From a virus (Duplodnaviria; Caudoviricetes), in IMG/VR virus record IMGVR_UViG_3300033061_001635, positions 64,001-128,000 of that record: 64,000 bases of DNA; one strand, given 5' to 3'. This document shows, piece by piece, positions 53,101 to 56,806 of the stretch; position 1 is the stretch's first letter, and each line of letters opens with the position of its first letter. The translations under genes and the position numbers were made by a program. Under the pieces are notes generated by a model. The model saw nothing but the letters and a program-made list of their open reading frames with translations, made no database searches and had not been told where the DNA came from.

Positions 53101-53121
53101 TGTTAGGTTAAAAGTTGCCAT
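35161..53121 (-). CDS. Giant (5986 aa) tail tape measure protein with multiple embedded enzymatic cassettes
   Basis: TP901-like TMP core at about aa 150-420 ('FIDYDKELVKLQQVTG...FGVSSKEL...LAQAG'); position after tube and chaperone genes; Ala/Gln/Lys-rich helical tracts; repeated DTVPAML.PGEFV motif typical of TMPs. Confidence 0.9.
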   Translation of the reverse strand: MATFNLTAQLNLKGPTNVKQIAAQIKKDLGTLNANVQFKLDPAASKNVAALSSSLKVLNANFASTVKSANAATSAIKAFGNSVNSVKINNVPQQINQTSSAIAKLNKVSSSTSGGLQNAATEMQEFGKQAGLAVRRFVAFSAVTSVIYGVTNSINNGIQAFIDYDKELVKLQQVTGESAAGLSKLQSQITNLAVEFGVSSKELTQVASTLAQAGLSARETEKALKALALSSLAPSFDNMNETVEGSIAIMRQFGISANDLEASLGAVNAVAARFAVESSDIITAVQRTGSVFATASKGVSEGKDALNEFISVFTSIRATSRESAETIATGLRTIFTRVQRGTTIDALKEFGVNLTDTEGKFVGAYKAVELLSKGLGKIDPRSLDFSRIVEELGGFRQIGKVIPLIQQFTVTQQALKVAQQGQASLAKDAATAQLSLANQISKVREEFFSLFREIGQSKGFQSLVRGALSLTSGLIKVADAVKGILPALAVLAAFKGFKALTEFTTGFTTGVKRGPDGKANGGVIRKFARGGVVPGTGSGDTVPAMLEPGEFVIRKKAVETIGSDNLHNMNKYGGGGSIRAGKSNKRQRFGGGGKAPEPLNVVVDHVYDGDSPVVKFTPKTSAYDTSSRLVGVDTFEMRSNQKWKKNLALEAKKLTETQYTKGKNVTENFTKGYSQQTDKERSGRPLFVDDNLKQNLIDKGLGFSYSGTGPKRAETITKAEYLSLPEGKQNKRLIEQDPKKFDKKNLGGRIQRFMAGGKAESTPFGTGQTKFPKRITNAYVKEMEKKLNDEQVSLAWDQYPKDERINVDQNAVAEHFKSQAFDRKKFESLFKTKIRRNDLVGDLANFAKYIGLPEQDLSKVLPQNIDFGGVGQNVSSRGTFYANPYGARDFDKLDLSQYGFTTADEQDLYGYQKLWEEKEKEIKKIMKTPTKTFDDGSFSIDDAAFKKAYDEKSALTMQISKVKDKQAYARKAAMAAKKEITETTGRGTVGLSSTRYFPNQEKNTLYHELTHQLLNSIRTQSSGAFDQYRNRVSQLFSGDNDGLADAFDALTEKDGGYNSADVVYGRSYKNNMLNSVLSNLRRDTIRTGRSDNPEVSKEGSALYFEAEKKKNAREYRPINPKITDLLLKGGVKQDVINKAEDNGKEEFLTTLIQKRPMLDSNMEGILDSTLNELLGSAGIQRQQYTDGGKVTRNLGYIDFDVINDPANAQVIEQAMKKAGVDGPRNYTEYLTDLAIKARKEKSLNSLKALYGVAGAGKSSIVTGRGSNDNGTLRQTNRFPILTPEDITKASEVMLLTSTVSQDKLEGMLQEVDRAYTLSSTTKEEKDRILKQRTMRDVSGVGLFGRTAGSTTGAPLDTAKEEALLEDRIGSKSVVLGRKDDGGLRRKTGNELVEATKKKIGLTWGGFAPTTVGHESMMEAAKAAGIPYEDFIALVGSDEAVDSENYRTAVFDKDFRLALAKAGFGSKGASVLPKAFGDMSVPLAFDMGEKDGRRQITLAGEGSMAFVADKTEKQMEKYKKAGYGVSNLKRTGGISGTQVRDLVLNGNLEGLQQVVSPSVFSLLKNNMVQLQNRSNVLPTLIEQAEAAYKEEVSGIDQQLAATGITRADNKKAETDKEYAAQLELYRSLKDKKKKLETKKSFEPYRLLRQLATSDPAKYGLRFDTDSSSSPTGPSSAIQQAILAKVATETAVKKSSGILPAQGTEILKRFGSERLPNDSSFGPFSGKTVSDTAEGGKLKYWNSAFRPETKADKLAYYTRTRDYLIDKFKQSQGTQKATALKDTTNAVLSSTQLGLVGLNPLGYTGLLGPETWNLGTDSSGKDRSINASIVQRGLPTEFQNVIDYLSGQTAEIVQGASKLLGITPKELTKKQRETLGQGNIEGALLEQIFGSADATILDDALRTRPIDFPMGIGPKAAKIFGIDPNIPTEVKRTIDSNSRGKAVEEFQKYFRAQYGIPEPKNDKMVQKLSGGGLLKKYGEIFPNNNSTGPFKEMVFDFDDTLVTGGEIRLPDGKLDLSRKDDMPLVQEMLKKGKLTPLGQHLSEALKQEPSLIDNVSILSARNPNQTGILAQTLQNLGLPIPESKIRGSNGPQNKKITGYQKMIDDNLETIMRLKGQGHEAIHYTFAKGGKVEEEYKSILASILPKEMLTSDGYLKMPSGQAEPIDFIPGRSLAEKSKSSVMSILLGKSEKAPPEEQTGAFYQGGLMPKVLRHNLEKYKSKLPEDEYKALKQFVDQRILFEGNDDTIKTAGGLHKGVLAHESFHDIQGHLYDNHPEIIDKLHESLLKRKDAVEKWYKDPKNAEWAGPKDYRLEHFFPTATSKSPYSGNFIAEAHDSVKKITKKNNVSQNLFSTLGATQWDLGKNELIPVLLSAAVENNKGAIELLSQAFGESGLNPDFYKTLPKYADGGMALGLEDTDMSSLISSMYGSADSIARTFQGAGLTAGMPERSIGAAGVTGLQKSQEKKPKNYSKIGLRSDGSEITATYFKNNDRQGFVSAKKATGNLFTVGLSKATQGYGPRLYDIVMEAATAAGSMLTSDRNQVSESAKSVWSYYFNNRSDVKKTPLDPSQWTKNHSYLDPKLYGRKETWPPPSDPAWILQSGYNKSADLINSPDVINMNDPKYAEHIKAQQLSFLSRNGGGSIRKFASGGNTGLSSEDTVPALLTPGEFVVNKNAAKKIGYNKLHQLNKADKIQGYNKGGIVGGVQKFAFGGGVDSVLSGLQNITSYLGKTQNITSNRPNSIDTSTIAVDPSILQDTKAFVDTLYDAGDGMKYLNRLLNENKQLSIKAVLDAGNKDLERLKISGASIDKIIEAEKALSNIRNKGLIDVTKRQFLESGFKESSVGKKLGSGATQQKILSLAEKEEQRLIDKRKKAIEADIVSSSKQPIAASDLADQVAQAISSELNDIKTQAFSRATTVATGTQTSTGIKGNITASELKNLNISGNDIQKYISDSMRDRKTLRQMDQQLIATRMEEYKNAGTIRGISVASAEEAKKLAQEEVSKRREAINDLAKMRGERGVGAAGLMDTRNSPINRAFRERYFTGNLGRSMQRGLGDVGLAAGLVAGQGQNISSALFDTKTDKGKIKAADAGARIDKAATTLSVGLTTSAQLAAINPMLGAAAAIGTALYAGADAAFDFSGTAKKAAQEMTRSLLNDKLSAASDSLSNALEKLSKDVNNVDLRAKTASSVKALTDTAIESTADTATAGKNKAENDRNWTDFGRGILLGIGEIGVGMNPYYQDLDPVTVAKSKKGSYGTEEASVDAQKELENYQKIANTGYGDLERLYSKGFSNDQIMDPSNEAGNIVRESLKGMILSDPKKLALYMSAGEQGKETIVGKAAQDEFLANDELAKASQESAKLARAMDLADKAGRRLAASFDKIADIVNESVNKISFESDARVEATTQYASSLRGESKVSGPKLREKNILDNPNAYSEEEFTKALESATAGLDAGIRKQLIGGAQLQQNIPKNITQSIATVLDKSAGSGVDELKKAAVDTAKNEIENNPNLSRQQKDELKQISTAKIENMAKKAKENNADNTMQVSEFRKELEDGTNILGDFGKKLLDSVKNLSSFKEGALDKFAKGLNEASKAAKEAQNYFRKSRDISNEGNMNLREILSGYGETYNEKSNRIMGDVSNLAGGETTVQGIQNRQIRLSQQRDTLQKQQGTLTDKDALRNNVEQLNKLDDQLQNNREALDMLANSTELVDKAFSDLQHTSELQNNRQNFVNQLLTNTPEEADKLNQSFIRLQRNLSGGLNSPYNQRDARKAFNEALFKTGNVREATRAGNTVLANQRKETLALSQDPGVKAAQELQIRNQYAQNQGKPGVDVDQAVAEYFQKQQLQLTKQMAIESGMANNPLVQQSLAALQDRKTDPSMQKAAERYLESVGLRSSATKGQGELAESQSILKDSNDNLRISIDDLRASVEGNMKDANIGKDAAGNNIVNPGVAVAAPPVARSSGGLIYASNGKLIDFKPKGTDTVPAMLSPGEFVINSKSTQKHLPLLQSINSGYFDKVGLVSDFTQFDKNKNNLLDKKEFTKYFSDFDLNKDDAIDMKEFKLGMGKQYSRRKSLWLKGSKSRTEEEETEYQNLRSLHKTTKSSGINTRKEMLDRAKGQIRYERQQAYLSRFRPEIRERKEKSLLKSGMLYYPDGTSPRGKMFKMEGSRSTQNVADLILPPPYKNVPNTINPNTELLLPNPSGGMLNSSSGQLAKTQTNQQMAAVTKPTISTTTGKYPKADGTTGDDIGDADFSKFATKDWVTLANDPNNTAAMARQIAQQKLFTMGLDKDGKPLNTSSGTSPVNTTKSQPVNTQEPLSPTTTQPTANQEAQTAAVAQQATSSRTATAQESARKVQFAIDEGKKIIDVYRQHSQEEGISDKEREKRLQQLRHAQVEFGSTGRASAGSNPIGLGRGVNKPDGERWAGESYKNAEDYFEAKKAGDLFKKYGADKPKLFGSELFDSTLPPEMVGSDRTKRTKERDAAVSDFMSGLLDYATGFKLDGSERHTSGTEIAADGKNVARLSARDRFEASRETSKETKTKTKLTKADAVSLGVDPMLAGPLTDAEILPPLDSQTTNPLWKDSGGVPPIIFSQGGTGALSVQTLDRIQKDQDLQEMIQKHGPIQYADKNGNVLFSDGTNYLRTSEPGDVTAIGVTAASMLTPVGVVTAGASLRKVPDIAGRVMKRESTPQDAIDLIQITSGIVSMANSARTAEQLSGRGQGILGGQKSQRQRATEQAKAESAIDRDMKQALDESRYNITEKLNDAEEARLWESIDQQTRKAGKSVVESVKKTAMSAQPMRGTEYGFGGGDSATLNARAAKAMEPEMLDLKSSGRTTSGQYKLTSQGEKFLAKRIVEFVEKSKNNAEVTPGLKPRGNFMPDVLDEGVGIGGQINIKLADDAFALNHEGFHAASDAIGALEDAGLLTPGVVKNLPKEYAPLVSGAADRARSFDEYIRARQATRGTSKPIEPSIVESMQKAFVEEEAAVSASLRQKPTDNPSYNRALKQYNRTMGYADDQPFQTQTPKSMLGSAVNFAKKYGTTGALAGLAADSIGRLFGSQSKDQAKVRKPARRASGGLIYAENGQLIDFSPKGTDTVPAMLTPGEFVVNAKSTKENLGLLHSINKSKGGKINYLADGGKAGTNIDKDEDLNKDGIITDEERQIYQSQKEERQIYQRQKELYLTRPFGQMDDRQAYLTRPFGYSKGGPVNYLAKGGKSDKEQRSNDALSSYDSAGVLGQMTERFMGEQLEADRLASGTAQFMGGASGADVTAGLHYQRNYGERAGEKPVSEARTESMVGNYFDQSKEYYDNQGRTLLNLPERAAIFMGQGLAHVVLPESELEPTTTLTYADGTKFREGPAEVGTGALANQAAMVAGVGALGGARIGAGFSNLGKVADPIGAATEVGLTHVDQAAQGVRRLAGSAVEGIGKGIGSETMAQTGRAIQITSGDAAIAAARIASETAVPHGMSPRDAAFAHMGSETTDIHSGTSGDWHLDPNNKFRNTGNLGASEPIPQSAMRDAAIARMAENASDINRGGAGHGSVGSFHHDAPQVPVIYARDSYVATGGEAYVVKSKVDKSLIDNSKSLFDDSLTSQLSNELLPNQSAAPVLHPGRSAPADMVTGADVVTKFSEQTFKPAKEIAQMTPDEQMAYAAQREIAKKQVENALKKSSPITKMKNSQVESRFADMPGTTRVVHDPMVLGPRKSYSLRDYSRIGQTHSPLYVPDLGNHVATHAYKTGLEQHDEKAKDHSSGGLIYANNGALIGASGTDNVPAMLTPGEFVVNRESSQKHMPILNAINSGHFNRGGIVNYLANGGIAGPKYLAAGGTSQLAQLAPISNAGQTLKQTASSSGGVSNNVSIDTANIASSIQDAVTNAIGQFNEYTEQIGANFTEQFNSAQKSLSSSIDTFQTATAQFGEHANAIPTSLSANVTQTTSLHHIGLDSIKGNMEQKIYDQTSINAKNISQDSHMQYDKTVFEGGMNSAAKQSIIGRTA
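35660..35900 (-). repeat. TMP linker module copy 5 (SSGGLIYANNG...GTDNVPAMLTPGEFVVN...FNRGG..YLANGG..YLAAGG)
   Basis: Read directly from translation; approximate bounds. Confidence 0.85.
37495..37930 (-). repeat. TMP linker module copy 4 with EF-hand-like loop and two short tandem duplications
   Basis: ASGGLIYAENG...GTDTVPAMLTPGEFVVN...YLADGG; DLNKDGIITDEE; EERQIYQ.QK x2; YLTRPFG x2; YSKGG..YLAKGG. Confidence 0.85.
40960..41270 (-). repeat. TMP linker module copy 3 followed by an EF-hand pair
   Basis: SSGGLIYASNG...GTDTVPAMLSPGEFVIN; then FDKNKNNLLDKKEF and FDLNKDDAIDMKEF. Confidence 0.85.
44990..45225 (-). repeat. TMP linker module copy 2
   Basis: NGGGSIRKFASGG...EDTVPALLTPGEFVVN...YNKGG...KFAFGGG. 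Confidence 0.85.
45290..45730 (-). other. GNAT acetyltransferase-like cassette within TMP
   Basis: 'ATQGYGPRLYDIVME...LTSDRNQVSESAKSVWSY' resembles GNAT motif A and the 'S..A..VW' helix of phage GNATs. Confidence 0.6.
45930..46730 (-). other. Zincin-like (HExxH) cassette within TMP
   Basis: 'GVLAHESFHDIQ' with downstream 'NELI'. Confidence 0.55.
46765..47165 (-). other. HAD-superfamily phosphatase-like cassette within TMP
   Basis: Motif I 'MVFDFDDTLV', motif II 'ILSAR', Lys 'NKK', motif IV 'MIDDN'. Confidence 0.75.
47270..47520 (-). other. PD-(D/E)xK nuclease-like cassette within TMP
   Basis: 'GNIEGALLE...RPIDFP...PTEVKRT'. Confidence 0.4.
48430..48940 (-). other. HIGH-superfamily nucleotidyltransferase (cytidylyl/NMN-adenylyltransferase-like) cassette within TMP
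   Basis: 'IGLTWGGFAPTTVGHESM' (T/HxGH) and 'GISGTQVRDLV' (ISxTxxR). Confidence 0.75.
48970..49400 (-). other. P-loop kinase-like cassette within TMP
   Basis: Walker A 'LYGVAGAGKSS'; lid-like 'RILKQRTMR'. Confidence 0.6.
49590..50840 (-). other. Zincin-like (HExxH) cassette within TMP
   Basis: 'KNTLYHELTHQL' with downstream 'KEEFLT'. Confidence 0.6.
51000..51330 (-). other. Thermonuclease (SNase-like) cassette within TMP
   Basis: 'VDHVYDGDS...RLVGVDTFE...ALEAK...DKERSGRPL...NLIDKGLG' versus canonical DGDT / RL.GIDAPE / D.YGR.L / LV..GLA. Confidence 0.75.
51340..51570 (-). repeat. TMP linker module copy 1
   Basis: ANGGVIRKFARGGVVPGTGSGDTVPAMLEPGEFVIR...KYGGGG...RFGGGG. Confidence 0.85.
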
Positions 53122-53150
53122 AATATTATCCTATAAAGAATTAACGATCC

Positions 53151-53196
53151 AAAAAAATATTCCCAACCACAAGGATAAACTCATGGTTAGGAATAT
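53151..53196 (-). terminator. Intrinsic (rho-independent) terminator between chaperone gene and TMP
   Basis: Minus strand AUAUUCCUAACCAUGAG-UUUAUC-CUUGUGGUUGGGAAUAU then U-tract: 17-bp stem with 3 G-U pairs. Confidence 0.8.
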
Positions 53197-53222
53197 CTAT
53201 TAAATTAATACTATTAATCTTA

Positions 53223-54131
53223 TTATGAACTAACGGGTTCTGTGGATTCTGCAACAGTGCTTTTGGGTGGTTCAGAAACTGGGGGCTCTTTTGCTGTCTC
53301 TGTTTGTGCTGCTGTTGGTTCATCTTTTTTGTCTTCTTCTAAAATAATTGGATTTCCATTATCATCAAGGAACGGCTGAGGGTCAACCAGATAGTCTCCA
53401 TCAGAATTTACCTTGTTGCCATATTTATCAACAAAATTCCCTTCTTCATCTATGAATCTGCCACTTTCATCTACTAGCCTACCTTCAGCATCAACAAGTC
53501 TACCTTTTTTATCAACAAGTCGCAATTTATCATCAACAAATTTAAATTTCTTTAAGAATTTGTTTTCTGGCAGATTGCTTTCATAGTCATTATCCAATCC
53601 ATATAACATATTAGCCAAATTTTGCGCTCCTAACAAACCAACCTGATCGGTTGACCTATTAAGATAATCTTCCATATTATTAAAGTATGGTTGTTTAGTA
53701 TCATTATACACCACACAAACACTAACCAAATAATTAAACCTAGCATTATCAGCTTGACCTTCAGCACTATGATTATCTAAACTAGTTCTAACACTGATTA
53801 GATCTCGTATTTCATCTCTAATGCCCTTCATTTTAATAGCTAGGTCTTTGGCTTCATTTAAACTAAATCCACCCTTTGCTAGTCTTTTTTCACCGTCTAA
53901 AAGTTCTTTTTGTAAAGTGGTGAATTTAGCCTGTTTCTCATCATTCCATAAACCTTGATCTTCTAAAAGATCGTCTAACTTTGCTCTTACAACACTTTTG
54001 CTTTTTATAGCATCAGTAAAAGCTTGATTATAGACTTTTTGTGCTTCTCTTTGATCATTTAATGATGGTGTCTTGACAACAAATTCTTTTTCTGTACCGT
54101 CTATAGTAACCTTAAAATTTTTAGTTTTCAT
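53223..54131 (-). CDS. Tail assembly chaperone-like protein (paralog A) with 7-aa 'VD..GR' repeats
   Basis: Position just upstream of TMP; GGAG RBS; acidic tail; alignable by eye to 54418..55431. Confidence 0.6.
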   Translation of the reverse strand: MKTKNFKVTIDGTEKEFVVKTPSLNDQREAQKVYNQAFTDAIKSKSVVRAKLDDLLEDQGLWNDEKQAKFTTLQKELLDGEKRLAKGGFSLNEAKDLAIKMKGIRDEIRDLISVRTSLDNHSAEGQADNARFNYLVSVCVVYNDTKQPYFNNMEDYLNRSTDQVGLLGAQNLANMLYGLDNDYESNLPENKFLKKFKFVDDKLRLVDKKGRLVDAEGRLVDESGRFIDEEGNFVDKYGNKVNSDGDYLVDPQPFLDDNGNPIILEEDKKDEPTAAQTETAKEPPVSEPPKSTVAESTEPVSS

Positions 54132-54414
54132 ATTTATCTCCTATTTCCTTATTATTAAAATTATATGTTTGTTTAGTTTTATACGATCTATATAACATAG
54201 ATGATAGAGTCTCCAATGCTAATCTTATTTGTTTATTTCCATTATTCAAAATGGAATTTCTGGTATACTCCCAAAGGTCTATATATTCTTGCTGATCTGG
54301 TCCTGGTTCTTCCCACAAATGACCAAAAGATTGTTCGAATCTTGCTAATGAACCTATCATAGTTGTTTTTAATCGTGTTTCGATTTCAGTAATTAGTTGT
54401 TGTTGATAATCCAT
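54121..54414 (-). CDS. Hypothetical protein in chaperone cluster
   Basis: 97-aa ORF tightly packed between neighbours; AGGA RBS. Confidence 0.7.
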   Translation of the reverse strand: MDYQQQLITEIETRLKTTMIGSLARFEQSFGHLWEEPGPDQQEYIDLWEYTRNSILNNGNKQIRLALETLSSMLYRSYKTKQTYNFNNKEIGDKYEN

Positions 54415-54417
54415 AAA

Positions 54418-55431
54418 TTAATTCCTATTTTTAGCCTCTTTTTGAATATCTGGTAATTCTGTATGTTCTATATGTTGATATTTATTAATTACATGTTCTC
54501 TGTGAGCAATATCCATCATTGCTTCATCAGAATTCATTGACATAACTTCTTGGATGCCCTCCTCAGAATCTGTAAAAATAAATACTTCTTGTGCTTTACC
54601 CAATTTATTATTTGTTTTTAATATATCATCTTGTTTCTTTGATTTTTCTATTGCTCTGCGTTGTATTATCATCCATCCATCAAGCATATCATCATCGCTG
54701 ATAACGTTATCTGTAGGTTTTTCGGGATGCTCATATACACTGTCATACATCATGCTATAGCTGACTATAGTTAATTGTTCTTCTGTCCATTCTGATACTG
54801 CATTTTTAAATATGTTAGTTTTTCCAACATTCCACAAAGATCTCCACAAATCAGATTTAGCGATTTTTCTATAATCTGATACAGAAAGTCCGTGCTTGTC
54901 TATTTCTGATACAATATTAGTAAATTTATTTAATGAATTGTTTAATGATTTGAATTTGTCAAAAGCTTTTTTACCATTATGGTAAATAGTATTAACCATT
55001 ATGAATTCATTTTTTATACTTTCAGCATATCCCTCTAGTGTTTGCATATAGTATGTTTGTTTGATTCCGTTTAGCTGTCCTAGTCTGGATCTTATATTAT
55101 TTAATTGTAATTTTGTTCTATTTGTTAGCTTTGCATTAAGTCTATTGTTATATAATGATACTTTAAGATTATCTATTTCTTTTTCTGATTTTTTCATAAA
55201 TGCTGTCATCTCAGATTCCCACACTCCCATATACTGCATATATTTATCTAAATTCTCTAATCTGATCCATTCATTATATTTTTCATCATTAATAATAGAT
55301 TCATAAATTAAATGAGCTTTATATTTTAATATTGGTTTAGGAAATGTCAATACATATTTTCTCTTATTATAAGAAAATAATAATTTTCCAGACAATATTC
55401 TATATACATCCCTCTCTAATTCTTGCACCAT
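54418..55431 (-). CDS. Tail assembly chaperone-like protein (paralog B, with C-terminal extension)
   Basis: Between tube genes and TMP; N-terminal half similar to 53223..54131; C-terminal 'YDSVYEHPEKP...DDDMLDGW'. Confidence 0.6.
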   Translation of the reverse strand: MVQELERDVYRILSGKLLFSYNKRKYVLTFPKPILKYKAHLIYESIINDEKYNEWIRLENLDKYMQYMGVWESEMTAFMKKSEKEIDNLKVSLYNNRLNAKLTNRTKLQLNNIRSRLGQLNGIKQTYYMQTLEGYAESIKNEFIMVNTIYHNGKKAFDKFKSLNNSLNKFTNIVSEIDKHGLSVSDYRKIAKSDLWRSLWNVGKTNIFKNAVSEWTEEQLTIVSYSMMYDSVYEHPEKPTDNVISDDDMLDGWMIIQRRAIEKSKKQDDILKTNNKLGKAQEVFIFTDSEEGIQEVMSMNSDEAMMDIAHREHVINKYQHIEHTELPDIQKEAKNRN

Positions 55432-55440
55432 ATCATTATA

Positions 55441-55602
55441 TTATTTTTCCATATTATCCTTAGGACTATTTACTAATTTACTTTTGAGCGCCAAGATTTC
55501 TCCGTCCTTAATTTTGATTTGTTCCTGGAGATTTTCTAAAAACTTTTGAGCATGATACATATCTGTATACAATTTTCCTATTATTTGAAATAATTCATCC
55601 AT
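55441..55602 (-). CDS. Small 53-aa coiled-coil protein missing from the ORF track (MDELFQIIGKLYTDMYHAQKFLENLQEQIKIKDGEILALKSKLVNSPKDNMEK)
   Basis: ATG 55602 with AGGA just upstream, TAA at 55441-55443; fills the intergenic gap. Confidence 0.7.
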   Translation of the reverse strand: MDELFQIIGKLYTDMYHAQKFLENLQEQIKIKDGEILALKSKLVNSPKDNMEK

Positions 55603-55668
55603 TTTAATCCTAAATCCTTGTTCTTATTCTATAAATTCCTAATTACCATTAAATTAAATATAATTTTA

Positions 55669-56781
55669 TTATACTGCTGGTACGACCGAGTAACTGCCGG
55701 TGGCTCTCACATAAAAATCATTATAATTTCTGAAACCATAAGTAATAGTAAGATTTCCACCACCAGTGTCACCACCAGCATAATTAACAGATGTTAGTTT
55801 ATTACCAGAGCCTAAAAAGAACTGTAAACTATTATTATCTGAAGTAGGACTACCACTACCACAAATTTTTAATCTAATGGGGAATTCGGTTAGGTTATTA
55901 TAGTTAACACCACAGCCGCTACTAAATATAAAATCATTTGCGGTAATATAGTCTCCAACCTGACCAATAATTTCAAATTCACTAGTAACTTCAACTGGGA
56001 AAGTAGCATATCTATAGTAAGGAGCCAACTGACCAAGTTCATTAATTTGTTCACGACCAAGATTTGCTGCTATTGTTATATTCTGTAAGTATAAATCAAC
56101 ATCAGTACCAGTTGGCAAACCACCACTTTTAAATACTCCATCAAATCCTGTTGGCAGTACCGACTCGCTAATATTTATATACTGTCTACGAGCTAATTTA
56201 TTAGCTGTTTTATTTATTGTTGCAGCTGTCATGGTTGTCATAGTGTCAGTATTGTTCTTGGCCCATTTTTTATTATTTCCAACTAATGTGATTTCTTCAG
56301 TAGCATTTCCATCTACTGGGAAAGTATAGTTTAAACTGGATAAATACATTGGTTCGCATAAAACCCAATCGGTTGTTGTGCTACTAACTGTAGACTTAGT
56401 ATCACTATATATTCCTAGTCTAAAATCTACAGTATTAAAAGCTAGCCCAGCGAAACCTTTAGTTTTAAGTTGTGTTGAGTCGGTGAAACTTGTAGTATTA
56501 GCTCCTCCAATACCGCCCTCTCCACCCATAGCCATTAAATATAGAGGACATGTACCGTCTAGGGCTTTATTAATAGTAACTTCAACTTCTGGAGTATTTT
56601 CGCTAATAGCATAAATATCTATAGCTCCTAATTGGAAAGCCTGCTCAGTAGATAGCGTATTATTGAATCCTACGCTCTGAACACCTTGAGGCTGATACCA
56701 TGACCCATACTTATTGCCTGTTGTTCCAGGCTTTAATTGAGCTATCTGTGAGCCGTAAAAAATTCTATTATTATTACCCAT
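55669..56781 (-). CDS. Major tail tube protein-like, paralog 3
   Basis: Position before chaperones/TMP; AGGAG RBS; motifs shared with the two upstream genes. Confidence 0.7.
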   Translation of the reverse strand: MGNNNRIFYGSQIAQLKPGTTGNKYGSWYQPQGVQSVGFNNTLSTEQAFQLGAIDIYAISENTPEVEVTINKALDGTCPLYLMAMGGEGGIGGANTTSFTDSTQLKTKGFAGLAFNTVDFRLGIYSDTKSTVSSTTTDWVLCEPMYLSSLNYTFPVDGNATEEITLVGNNKKWAKNNTDTMTTMTAATINKTANKLARRQYINISESVLPTGFDGVFKSGGLPTGTDVDLYLQNITIAANLGREQINELGQLAPYYRYATFPVEVTSEFEIIGQVGDYITANDFIFSSGCGVNYNNLTEFPIRLKICGSGSPTSDNNSLQFFLGSGNKLTSVNYAGGDTGGGNLTITYGFRNYNDFYVRATGSYSVVPAV

Positions 56782-56806
56782 TTAAAAACTCCTATTTAAT
56801 TGATGT

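Noticed and set aside
35161-53121. Inteins or introns explaining TMP size; literal tail length of ~0.9 micrometre
   Set aside because: No Hint-domain splice motifs or frame breaks seen. Much of the length is globular cargo, so a simple residues-to-length conversion is unreliable
53141-53323. 60-aa ORF as a frameshift extension of the chaperone
   Set aside because: Runs through the terminator hairpin, and I saw no convincing slippery heptamer near the chaperone's end
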